From contig OZ243927.1 in NCBI GenBank assembly GCA_965213925.1, positions 4,160,001 to 4,224,000 of the forward strand: a stretch of 64,000 nucleotides of DNA. The letters run 5' to 3'. The notes beneath the pieces were generated by a model. It made no database searches and had not been told where the DNA came from. It saw only the letters and a list, made by a program, of their open reading frames with translations. The translations under genes were made by a program, and so were the position numbers. Source of the DNA: Trueperaceae bacterium (GTDB taxonomy: Bacteria > Deinococcota > Deinococci > Deinococcales > Trueperaceae). Positions 50,338 through 59,314 of this stretch are shown here, in pieces (positions within the stretch are counted from its first letter, which is position 1; each line of letters starts with the position of its first letter).

Positions 50338-50838
50338 GTGCATCGTCAATTTCATCCTCTTCAACTCAGCGTTGTCGGTCTTATGGCTACGGTCTGGCTC
50401 CTTCACGTTCTACGGCCTGGTACGCAACCCTTCGTGCCATTTCAGGTTATCGACTTGCTGCCTAACCAACTCGGGCATATGCTGTTCGCATCCTTCGGTG
50501 AACTCCTCGGATACCTCGGCGGTCCGGTCGTGCAGGTTGCGTTCCCGCTCAGTTTGTCTTGTTACCTGTTTGCCTCGAGAAAGCTCTTTTTCGTCTCGCT
50601 AGCGCTCTTCTGGGCGGCGCAAAGCCTCTTCGACGTGGCGCTTTACGCCAAGGACGCCCGCGCGCTCACCTTCGTTCTCATAGGGGGTCCGGACCATACC
50701 TGGAACATGATTCTGAGCCGCTTAGACCTCTTAGAACTCGACCAGTTTATAGGTACGCTCATCTACCTGGGCGGCGTTTTCACGCTTTTTGTCGCGCTGC
50801 TGGTGGGCTTACTCGCCGCAAGAAAGTCCGCGCCATGA
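50338..50838 (+). CDS. Membrane protein resembling M50B-like peptidases but lacking HExxH
   Basis: NQLGH..F..FG...LGG..Q, Y.KDARAL, GG.DHTWN; start uncertain. Confidence 0.6.
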   Translation: MHRQFHPLQLSVVGLMATVWLLHVLRPGTQPFVPFQVIDLLPNQLGHMLFASFGELLGYLGGPVVQVAFPLSLSCYLFASRKLFFVSLALFWAAQSLFDVALYAKDARALTFVLIGGPDHTWNMILSRLDLLELDQFIGTLIYLGGVFTLFVALLVGLLAARKSAP

Positions 50839-50896
50839 GCATGTCGATGTGGGCGAGTGAGACGCGGACGATGGGCACGCTGAGAGGCGTTCAAAA

Positions 50897-51235
50897 ATGA
50901 CGCTTGCCGCCAGAGTGTGGCGTCTCGCGCGTGCACAGCTCGGTACTTACCTAAACGAGCCGGAAGCGGACACAACTTACCGAACTGGCAAAAACACGCC
51001 CTACGCAGCGGAATACAGCACGCTTCTCGCTGAGTATTACGCAAACTTAGAACTTCCCTACGGCGCACCCGCTGAGGCTGTCAAAACGGCGCGGCGGAGG
51101 CTCCTAAAGGCTTACCACCCGGACCGCTTCGCCTGCGATTCTGAAAAAGCCGACGTAGCAGAGCAGCTTGTTAAGACGCTCAACCGTGCGCATGACGAAC
51201 TGCTTCGCCACCTCGAAGGGGAGCGCCATGCTTGA
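50897..51235 (+). CDS. Small J-domain protein
   Basis: YYANLEL...VKTARRRLLKAYHPD...LNRAHD. Confidence 0.85.
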   Translation: MTLAARVWRLARAQLGTYLNEPEADTTYRTGKNTPYAAEYSTLLAEYYANLELPYGAPAEAVKTARRRLLKAYHPDRFACDSEKADVAEQLVKTLNRAHDELLRHLEGERHA

Positions 51236-51379
51236 GGCTGGGATGGCAACGTCTGCGCGGCGTGGTGTGTGCACCTTACGCGCAGAGGTTCGTAACCCAA
51301 ACGCTAAATTTACACTCGCCCACATTTTTAATCTCAACGAACTCAACGCTTTCAGTTCTATCCAAAAGGAGTTATCGCT

Positions 51380-52099
51380 ATGTTCAACCTCTTTATGCGT
51401 CTCGCCAAGATATTCCAAGTTCAAGCGGACACAGCGCTGTCTCGGCTCGAGGACCCCGTCAAGCTGAGCGAGCAGGGCGTACGCGACCTCAAAAGTAGTT
51501 TGTCAGAGGCAGTCGTCAGCCTTGCCCAAGTCAAAAGTGTCGCGATCCGGGTGCGTAAAGAAGCCGAGGATGAAAAACGTCGGTCTGAAGCATACGAACA
51601 GAAGGCTGTCGCGCTTCTCACTCGGGCTCAAAGAGGCGAGCTTGCCCTCGCCGAGTCCGACCGACTCGCCTCGGAGGTGCTCCGCCTTAAAAGTGTCGCC
51701 GACGCACGCCGCGGTACGCTCGAGGCGAATGCCAAGCAGCAGGAACAACTCGCCGCGCAACTGCAGAGCCGAATCGAGCGCCTACGCCACGACATCAGCG
51801 GTTATGAGGACGAACTCGTCACGCTCCGGGCACGCGCCGCAACAGCGCGTTCGGTCAAGCAGATTAACCAACATCTTGCTGAAGCGGAGGGCTCAGGCAC
51901 GGTAGCGATGTTGGAAAGGATGCGTGAAAAAGTCGTCTACGAAGAAGCCCTAGCCGAAGCTTACGAGCAGCTTGGTGGTACGCCCGACCTTGAACGTGAA
52001 GTTGACAACGCTCTGTCTCAAAACTCGGCGAGCGGCTTGCAGGTTGCGGACTCGCTCGCCGAGCTTAAAGCTCGGTTAGATACGAAACACAACACCTAA
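51380..52099 (+). CDS. pspA: PspA/IM30 family protein
   Basis: F.RL..IF......LEDPVKL.EQ..RD; long coiled coil; LAELKA C-terminus. Confidence 0.88.
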   Translation: MFNLFMRLAKIFQVQADTALSRLEDPVKLSEQGVRDLKSSLSEAVVSLAQVKSVAIRVRKEAEDEKRRSEAYEQKAVALLTRAQRGELALAESDRLASEVLRLKSVADARRGTLEANAKQQEQLAAQLQSRIERLRHDISGYEDELVTLRARAATARSVKQINQHLAEAEGSGTVAMLERMREKVVYEEALAEAYEQLGGTPDLEREVDNALSQNSASGLQVADSLAELKARLDTKHNT

Positions 52100-52127
52100 A
52101 CGCTACTTTAACGGCGCGACCATCATC

Positions 52128-52616
52128 CTAAGCCAGCGGCTGCGCTCGCCTCTTTGCGATTCCCTCTTTGACCTCTTTCGCGATTTCAAAGTGACGGCGC
52201 TCGGCGTCCGTCTCGACGCGCAGGTTCGGCACGGGGCGCGGCTTCTTGTCCTCGCCGATCGCTACGAAGCTCATGTGCCCGATCGTGCAGAGCTTGCGCT
52301 CACCTTCTGACGGGTTCTCGCTGTAGACCTCAGTTCTAACGATCATGCTGCTGCGCCCCGCATACGCCACGCGGCTCTTCACCTCGATGATGTCGCCTAC
52401 ATAAATCGGACTGCGAAAGTCTACGGGCTCCGTCGAGGCGGTCACAGCGGGCATCCGGCAGAAGCGCCAACAGGCGATGCTCGAGTTGATATCCATCAGC
52501 TCCAGCACTCGCCCGCCGAAGAGCGTGCCGAGCGGGTTCACCTGATTGGGAAAGACGAGGTCCACCGTGCTGACCCATTCGGAGATACATACTTTTGAGT
52601 TTGAGGGCTCTGACAT
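52128..52616 (-). CDS. Acyl-CoA thioesterase (YciA-like)
   Basis: VFPNQVNPLGTLFGG..L..MD, AVTAS, GRSSM. Confidence 0.9.
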   Translation of the reverse strand: MSEPSNSKVCISEWVSTVDLVFPNQVNPLGTLFGGRVLELMDINSSIACWRFCRMPAVTASTEPVDFRSPIYVGDIIEVKSRVAYAGRSSMIVRTEVYSENPSEGERKLCTIGHMSFVAIGEDKKPRPVPNLRVETDAERRHFEIAKEVKEGIAKRRAQPLA

Positions 52617-52629
52617 GCGGTTAGTATAG

Positions 52630-53280
52630 TCAGGGAGATTCCGCCGGGATGTAAGGAGAATCGGGCGTATCGAAGTAAGGCGGCGCGACCTCACCTCTCA
52701 CTAGTTCGAACACGAAAGGAACCCAGTGGCGGTGCCCGTAATGAAGCTCAGGTAGGTCATTTTCAGCGAAGTAGTCTATCTCGAGCGCCTCAGCGCTCAC
52801 CTGCGGCTCGCCGTTCACGATTCTCGCCTCGAACATCACGTGGTAGAGCTGCGACTTGACGAGGCTGTGCCAGAGCCGCGAGTCAAACACCGCCAAGAGC
52901 CGCGTCACTTCGACCTCGCAGCCAATCTCCTCTCGCGCCTCGCGAACCGCACCTTCCGCGAGCGTCTCGCCCACGTCGGACGCGCCGCCGGGCGTCGCCC
53001 AAAGTTTCGTATCGTGGCGCTTAATAAGGAGTAAGCGGTCTTCTCTAAAAATTGCCACGTCTGTACCGGCTAGGGGAGTCTCTTGAGCGAGGTTGCCTCT
53101 AAACTGGGCTAAGACCTCTTCGGCGTCTCGGTTCTCAGCGTTGGCGATGAGCCTCGAGCCGAGTGCCAGAACGCGCTCATACCGCTCTCTGTCGTAGTCG
53201 TCTCTCGCGTAGGTCAAGCCTTGCGACGCCAGGGCGCGGAGTTCATCAACGATTTCGTAGATCGTTTTCAGCGTAGCCAT
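52630..53280 (-). CDS. Nudix hydrolase with N-terminal Nudix_N domain
   Basis: GLTYARDDYDRERY; Nudix box GGASDVGETLAEGAVREAREEIG. Confidence 0.9.
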   Translation of the reverse strand: MATLKTIYEIVDELRALASQGLTYARDDYDRERYERVLALGSRLIANAENRDAEEVLAQFRGNLAQETPLAGTDVAIFREDRLLLIKRHDTKLWATPGGASDVGETLAEGAVREAREEIGCEVEVTRLLAVFDSRLWHSLVKSQLYHVMFEARIVNGEPQVSAEALEIDYFAENDLPELHYGHRHWVPFVFELVRGEVAPPYFDTPDSPYIPAESP

Positions 53281-53421
53281 AACGCACGATGCACCATAGA
53301 CCGACGTCACAACTGTGTATCCTCCTGCAAAAAGTCCGCCAACCATACTTTACGTTTGAAACTATCTCACAGAAACATCAAGGTGCTCTCGTGCTTGATG
53401 TCATCATCTAAAGGAGGAACT

Positions 53422-54183
53422 GTGTATAAACATCTCTTTCTCGCAGTCCTGGCGTGCGCTCTAAGTGTAAGCGCCGCGCAGAGCGAACCCACGACGTACA
53501 GCTTCGACACAAACGTGGGGACGCTCGAGGTCACGCCGATAGGTCACGGGTCGTTGCGGCTCGAGCTAAGCGAGACCGTCATCCACGTGGACCCTTACAG
53601 CGGGGTCGCCGACTACAGCCAGCAGCCCGACGCGGATTGGGTTTGGATTACCCACGAGCACGGCGACCACCTAGACCCTGCCGCCTTGCAAGAGGTCGTC
53701 ACAGAGACGCGTTTCGTGATGGACAGCCGCTCGGCGGAGCAGTATAGCTCAGGCAGCAACGCGGAAACGGGCGGCGCACAGAGCCGCGTCACCGTCATGG
53801 CGAACGGCGACAGCTTAGAGCTAGATGGTTTCACACTGCAAGCCGTACCCGCCTAAAACATCGTGCGCGAGCCTGACGGCAGGCAAAAGTATCACCCCGA
53901 AGGCTGGTACAACGGCTACGTCTTGGAAATTGGCGACTTCCGGTTGCATATCGGTGGTGACACCGAGTGCGTGCCCGAGGTTGCCGCGTTGGAGGATATT
54001 ACGGTCTCCTTCTTGCCTACGAACTTGCCCTACACGGTGCCGCCCGAAGAGGCCGCCACATGCTACAAAGTGATGCAGCCCGAGATTGCGGTGCCCTATC
54101 ACCAGGGGGAATCGAACCCGCAAATTGTCGCCGACCTGCTTACCCCTTCAGATGTCGAGGTGCGCGTGCTGGAGTTGCCCTAG
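53422..54183 (+). pseudogene. Exported metallo-beta-lactamase-fold hydrolase with an in-frame TAA at 53854
   Basis: Signal peptide, THEHGDHLD; AVPA*NIV continues in frame to GDT and PYH. Confidence 0.85.
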
Positions 54184-54237
54184 ACTCGAGCTTTACGAAG
54201 TCCTTTGATCGTATTGAACGTAGTTTTTAAGTGAGAC

Positions 54238-54272
54238 GAGCGACGCATTCAAATGGGATGCGTCGCTCTTTT
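54238..54272 (+). terminator. Rho-independent terminator
   Basis: GAGCGACGCATTC-loop-GGATGCGTCGCTCTTTT. Confidence 0.7.
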
Positions 54273-54302
54273 GTACCTTCTGCTATGTTGTGCTTCGCTC
54301 TA

Positions 54303-54475
54303 TAGCAGTTCCATTATTCACGGCTACACCATGGATTGCGTCTGTTTCTATAAGGCTCCGCGTTTCGCAAAAGCGAAAACTACGTAGCGCGCGGGCCGCT
54401 CCCGCTAGAGACTTCGTAACCGCATCCGCTCACACGAGAAGCTGCTACCTACAGCAGCTTCTCGTGGAAATGCTA
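54303..54475 (+). mobile_element. MITE-like element with TAGCA termini (family E)
   Basis: TAGCAGTTCCA...TGGAAATGCTA TIRs; CGCATCCGCTC motif; 14-bp perfect subterminal hairpin. Confidence 0.6.
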
Positions 54476-56035
54476 TTAGTTGCCGCTCGCGTTGATGTCT
54501 CCGCGCATACTCCCCGTATGCACGCCGCAGTTGTAGCGCTGCAATTCGTCCGCGAGTTCAGGGGTCAGTGTAAAGATGATGGCGTCGTCGCTGGTTTCAA
54601 AATTCACCGCGTCGTCGTCTTCGAAGCTGCCTGTCAGCGCATTTTGAGCGAGCAAGAGGTTCTCGTCCCCTTCACCGTTCAGTTCAAAGGGATGCACGTC
54701 GCTGTTGACGCTGCTCAGATCGAACTTGTAGCGCGTGCCGACCTCGAGCTGCAATGCCGCGTTCTCCTCACCCGTCTCAGCAAAGTCGTCCGCCCCCTCA
54801 GCCGAGGTCACTTGCCACGCGGTCGTCCCGACGTTGGTGAATTTAGCGGTGACGTCCGGTTCTTCATTCTCACCGTCACCCGGTTCGCTCGGCTCTTCCG
54901 GTTCACTCGGCTGTTCACCGCTCAGTTGAGCACGCAACTCCCCGTCCTGGTAGGTCTCGCTGTGGATATTGATGTAGTAGCCGCCCGCTCTAAAGACCGC
55001 TTGCTCGTCGGTGGAGAGCCGCTGGGTGAGCGAGAAGCTGCCACCTTGCGCGTCGTCATCGGCAGAAACCTCCAAAGGAAAGGCGATAGGACCGTTTTCG
55101 CCTGCGTCGCCTACATGAATATGTGCGGGGCTGCCGTCTACGTCGTAGAGGTCGCCCTCGAGGTCGTCAAAGTCACCCGTCACACTGAGGGTGTTCCCTG
55201 CTAAAGTTACCGTCGCGCTGCCGCTCGCGCCCGTGTCCACCGGGGGAACTTCGGAGCTGCCCGCCAGTTCGACCTCGTAGGTCACATCGTCTTCGCTCGG
55301 CTGCTCGTCGCTCAGTTGCCCGCGCAGTTCGCCGCCGTTAAAGGCGTCCGTGTGGAAGTTGATGTAGCAGCCGCCCGCCTCGAGCGTGGCAATCTCGTCC
55401 ACGGTGAGGGTCTGTTCGCCCGTAAACGAACCGCTGCGCCGACCCTCGTCCAGTTTGACATTCAGCGCGAAGAAGATGTCGCCGTTCTTGCCCGCTTTGC
55501 CAAAATGGATGTGTGAGGGGCTGCCGTTAATGGGGAAGGGGTCGCCCTCAAGGTCGTAAAAGTTGCCGTTCACGGTGAGGACGTCGCCGATGAGCGTGGC
55601 GCTCGCCGTGCCGTAAGCGTCCGTCTCGATGGGCGGCACTTCGTTCTCGCCTGAGAGGACGATATTTTTGTACGTGAGCGTCTTCTCGGCGGGCGCTTCA
55701 CTCGTCCCGCTCACCTCGATGACCAAGGAGCGGTTGCGCGTGCCCCGGTTGTTGTTGGCGATGAGCATGTATTCGGTGGTCTCGGTTGGGTTTACGGTGA
55801 CACTGCTGCGCCCCGTCACGTCGCCGATGCCCGGTAAAAGGGTCAAGGTGATGGGGCTCGAGCCGCTCACCTGCCAGTTCAAAGTCGTGTTTTCACCCGC
55901 GCTGATGGTGTTCTCCAAGGCGGTAAAGGTCGCAATCGTCGGCGCGGTAAAGCGTGGCAGGGCGTCGCCGAGACCCAAATCACAGGCGGTCAGTAAGAGC
56001 GTAAGTAAGACAGTACTATAGAGTGCTCGTTTCAT
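54476..56035 (-). CDS. Lipoprotein: Ig-like domain, two CHRD domains and a C-terminal cupredoxin-like domain
   Basis: LTAC lipobox; two LxG..EVPP...HIH.G..G..G...Y.N.H....GELR.QL units; HPF...YNCGVHTGSM. Confidence 0.85.
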   Translation of the reverse strand: MKRALYSTVLLTLLLTACDLGLGDALPRFTAPTIATFTALENTISAGENTTLNWQVSGSSPITLTLLPGIGDVTGRSSVTVNPTETTEYMLIANNNRGTRNRSLVIEVSGTSEAPAEKTLTYKNIVLSGENEVPPIETDAYGTASATLIGDVLTVNGNFYDLEGDPFPINGSPSHIHFGKAGKNGDIFFALNVKLDEGRRSGSFTGEQTLTVDEIATLEAGGCYINFHTDAFNGGELRGQLSDEQPSEDDVTYEVELAGSSEVPPVDTGASGSATVTLAGNTLSVTGDFDDLEGDLYDVDGSPAHIHVGDAGENGPIAFPLEVSADDDAQGGSFSLTQRLSTDEQAVFRAGGYYINIHSETYQDGELRAQLSGEQPSEPEEPSEPGDGENEEPDVTAKFTNVGTTAWQVTSAEGADDFAETGEENAALQLEVGTRYKFDLSSVNSDVHPFELNGEGDENLLLAQNALTGSFEDDDAVNFETSDDAIIFTLTPELADELQRYNCGVHTGSMRGDINASGN

Positions 56036-56118
56036 CTTTTCTCCTTCTTGTTAGCTAGAACGACAAAGAGGCAGAGGGCACGGGGAGGCCGTGCGCCCTC
56101 TGCCTTGCTATTTAACGT

Positions 56119-57633
56119 TTAGTCGTCGTCTTCAGCCGTTATCGTGACCGTAACCTTCGCAGTCGCGCTGTAATTGCCGTAGTAGAAGGTGTACTCATAT
56201 TCGTCTTGCGGATAGTAAACGTCGTCATTAGGCTCGTACTCGATGTAATCGTAGTCGTCCGACACTTCAACCTTGCCGTAGAGCGGCGCTTTAGTAATCT
56301 CTACGCGAAGCTGGTCTTTAGAAACGTAGTACATGTCGTTTGCCAGTACGTCGGTCTCGACAGATTCGCCCTGTTCGGTCTGAGCGCTGTCGTCGTTCGC
56401 CTGAGGCTTTTTCTCCTCGTCAGCTTGGTTGATTTTGACCGTCACTCTTGCTGTCGCGCTGTACTCGCCATAGTAGAGGGTGTACTCGTAATAATCTTCT
56501 TGGTAGTAGGTCTCACTCGGCGTGTAGGTGATGTACTGGTAGGAGTTGAAGACCTCGGCTTTGCCGTATAGGGGCGCTTTCGTGACCTCTAAGCGAATCT
56601 CGCTCTTGTCCACGTAGTACTCGTCGTTCTCGAGCACGTCCGTATTGACTGATTCACCTTGCTTGGTCTCAGCGTTGTCGTCGTTCGCCTTGGGCTCTTT
56701 CTCCTCCTCGACCTTGTTGATGACAACAGTCACGGTCGCCGTCGCGCTATACTCACCGTAGTAGAAAGTGTACTCGAACGAATCCTCTGGGTAGTACGTC
56801 TCAGCGGGCGTGTAGGTCACGTACTCGTAGGCGTTGAAAACCTCCACCTTGCCGTACTGAGGCGCTTTGGTGATTTCGATGCGAATCTCTTCTTTGGGGA
56901 CGTAGTAGCTGTCGTTGGAGAGCACGTCGATGTTAATAGGCTCGCCCTGATCGGTGGTGGCGCGGTAGTCGCGGGCTTCGGGCTTTTGCTCCTCGCCCTG
57001 CCGGTTGATGGTTATGGTGACGGTAGCGCTGACGGCGTATTCGCCGTAGTAGAGCGTGTATTCGTAGGAGTCTTGCGGCTGATAGTCGCCGCTCGGCGTG
57101 TAGGTGATGTACTCGTAGCCGCCCACGACCTCGGTGCTGCCGTACTGCGGCGCTTTGGTGACCTCTAAGCGGACTTGGCTCTTATCGACGTAGTACTCGT
57201 CGTTCGCGAGCACGTCCGTGTTGACGGGGCTGTCCTCCTGGGTGGTGGCGGTGTCGTCAACAGCTTGCGGCTCTCTTTCAGGCTCCGGCTGCTGGTTCTC
57301 TCCGCTCACGGTGATGGTGATGCTCTGCTCGCGCGTGCCCCGGTTGTTGTTCGCGGTGAGCTTGTAGGTCGTCGTCTCGGTTGGGCTGACCGTCACGCTA
57401 CTGCGTCCGGTTACGTCGCCGGGCTCGGGCGTGAGGGTGAGGGTGACGGGACTCGAGCCGCTCACCTGCCAGGTCAGTACGGTGCTCTCGCCAGCGGCGA
57501 TAGTCTCCTCCGAGGCGGTCAAGGTCGCAATCGTAGGCGCTTCGAAGCGGGGCAGGGCGTCGCCGAGACCCAGGTCGCAAGCGGTTAATAAAAGTAGCAG
57601 GGCGGGTGTAAGGAAGCTAAGGGTGCGTTTCAT
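56119..57633 (-). CDS. Lipoprotein with four tyrosine-rich cadherin/Big_9-like repeats
   Basis: LTAC lipobox; four ~98-aa P.A.DD...DVL.ND...P.YG...TYTP...Y repeats. Confidence 0.85.
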   Translation of the reverse strand: MKRTLSFLTPALLLLLTACDLGLGDALPRFEAPTIATLTASEETIAAGESTVLTWQVSGSSPVTLTLTPEPGDVTGRSSVTVSPTETTTYKLTANNNRGTREQSITITVSGENQQPEPEREPQAVDDTATTQEDSPVNTDVLANDEYYVDKSQVRLEVTKAPQYGSTEVVGGYEYITYTPSGDYQPQDSYEYTLYYGEYAVSATVTITINRQGEEQKPEARDYRATTDQGEPINIDVLSNDSYYVPKEEIRIEITKAPQYGKVEVFNAYEYVTYTPAETYYPEDSFEYTFYYGEYSATATVTVVINKVEEEKEPKANDDNAETKQGESVNTDVLENDEYYVDKSEIRLEVTKAPLYGKAEVFNSYQYITYTPSETYYQEDYYEYTLYYGEYSATARVTVKINQADEEKKPQANDDSAQTEQGESVETDVLANDMYYVSKDQLRVEITKAPLYGKVEVSDDYDYIEYEPNDDVYYPQDEYEYTFYYGNYSATAKVTVTITAEDDD

Positions 57634-58036
57634 TCAATCTCCTCTTTTGGAATCGGTATGCGTTTACAAAACATCTTCTTTTTTAGGCGTGACAATGCTC
57701 ACATCAAACCTCTCGCCCCCTTTCATATGAAGAAACGCACAAAAGCGCCAGGCATATGCATCCGTCACCGCGGCGCGGCGAGATTTGTGCATATCAATAG
57801 GAAAAGTGCGTCAGGAACGAAAATTTTAACGATATGTTCACTGACAAGGGTTTGAGGCTGTTAGCATTTAGCTGAAAATTCGGTGCTGATGGCGAACCGT
57901 TGAGAGCTTTATTTGCTCTTTGTGTGGTTTCTTCAGCGTGGTCTACCAGTACTAGCTGAACATTCACTTAGCGCTATAAGCCAAAAAAGAACGCCGCAGA
58001 TAGAGTTTGCGGCGTCTCCACTCGAAAGGCGGCACT

Positions 58037-59188
58037 TTAGGGCGTCTCATCTAGCATCAGCAAGGATTCGGGCTTGATGACGGTGAGTGCGCCCGACGGT
58101 GCGGGGTCAACGGCTCCTGTGAGGCTCAGCACGTCGTCGAAGCGCAGCACCGCGTCGAGCACCTTGTCACCGACGTAGAGCGCCGACCCGTCGAAGACCA
58201 GGTCGGACGGGTTGCCAAACCCCGTGTTCGGTCCGGCGAGCTGCGCCTTGACCTCCGTCTCGCCGTCAGCGCGGCTGGCGTTCTCGATGACGAAGAGCTT
58301 GCCGTCGGTATCGAACCCTGGCTCGTCAGAATCTTTAGCAGGACCGAAGTCCGCTGCGAAGAGCGTGTCTTGCTCAGGTAGATAGAGCAGCCCATGTAGG
58401 TTGGCGGAAGCAAGCTCCCCCTCCAGCGTCGGAACGATGATGCGGTCAGGTCCGCCTCGTCCGCGCGTCAGCAGATAGTCGTCGTAGACGAGGATAGCTC
58501 CGTCGGTTGCGGCGACGTAGAGACGCTGCTGCGCCGAATCAACCTCGACAGCCCAGGGCTGGCGCTCGTTCGCTGCGCCAGGGGTGGGTTGCCCCAAGTC
58601 GGTGATGTTGAAGAGCGGAGCCACGTTGCCACTCGCTTGCGTATCGAAGCCTTTGACAGTATTCGTCGCGAAGTCCGCCACGATGACCACGCCGAGTCCG
58701 CTGTCCACCGCCAAACCTTTGGGTTCGTCCAGTCCCGTCGCCGCGCCGCTGATGCGCCGGTCGCGCTCGGGGTCGAAGCCGTCAGGTTGCTCCGTGAAGT
58801 GTGGCATCGCGAGGATGCCACCGGGAGCGTCGGCGTCCGCGCCCACGTCGAAGCTGAGAAAGGCGGTGTCGGTGTCGGCGAGGCGCAGGTATTCAAAGCT
58901 CAGCACCTCACCGTCAGCGCTAAAGAGGTCGCTGCTGGTCGAGAGATCGGGCTCGAGCCTCACCACGGCAGAAGCGGGGTCAGACTCTAAAACGGCTAAG
59001 GGCGGTTTGCTCACAGCGAGAATCGTTCCTGAATCCAAGCTCGAGGCGCTCGCGCCGCCCGTATCTGCTCCCCCCGTACCCTGCGCCCAAGCACAGCTCA
59101 GGGTTAGAAGTAGCAAAAGTCCGCTCAGAAGCGGTAGAGTCGAAAACGGTAGCGTGAAGTGCGGGGCGAAGCGGTTGTGTGGAAACAT
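58037..59188 (-). CDS. Exported beta-propeller (NHL-like) protein
   Basis: Signal peptide; repeated PKGLAVD, PWAVEVD, LHGLLY and PSDLVFDG blades. Confidence 0.7.
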   Translation of the reverse strand: MFPHNRFAPHFTLPFSTLPLLSGLLLLLTLSCAWAQGTGGADTGGASASSLDSGTILAVSKPPLAVLESDPASAVVRLEPDLSTSSDLFSADGEVLSFEYLRLADTDTAFLSFDVGADADAPGGILAMPHFTEQPDGFDPERDRRISGAATGLDEPKGLAVDSGLGVVIVADFATNTVKGFDTQASGNVAPLFNITDLGQPTPGAANERQPWAVEVDSAQQRLYVAATDGAILVYDDYLLTRGRGGPDRIIVPTLEGELASANLHGLLYLPEQDTLFAADFGPAKDSDEPGFDTDGKLFVIENASRADGETEVKAQLAGPNTGFGNPSDLVFDGSALYVGDKVLDAVLRFDDVLSLTGAVDPAPSGALTVIKPESLLMLDETP

Positions 59189-59314
59189 AAATTCCCCCTT
59201 AGTTGATTTGTAACGGGCTCATTCTATCCGCTCAAATCTGTGAAGACTATGAGCGTCACTGCGTGTTGGCTATCCTTTCTCTTCATCTCCTCGCCACAGC
59301 GTCCCCTATCGACC

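Noticed and set aside
54290..55204. 304-aa plus-strand ORF and the many similar overlapping ORFs
   Set aside because: Antisense shadows of real genes in GC-rich DNA, with no recognisable motifs
56119..57290. Diversity-generating retroelement target
   Set aside because: No reverse transcriptase or template repeat; repeat differences are not restricted to adenines
57759..57782. SigK-like promoter CATCC-N15-CGAG
   Set aside because: On the strand opposite to the lipoprotein genes and only a weak match
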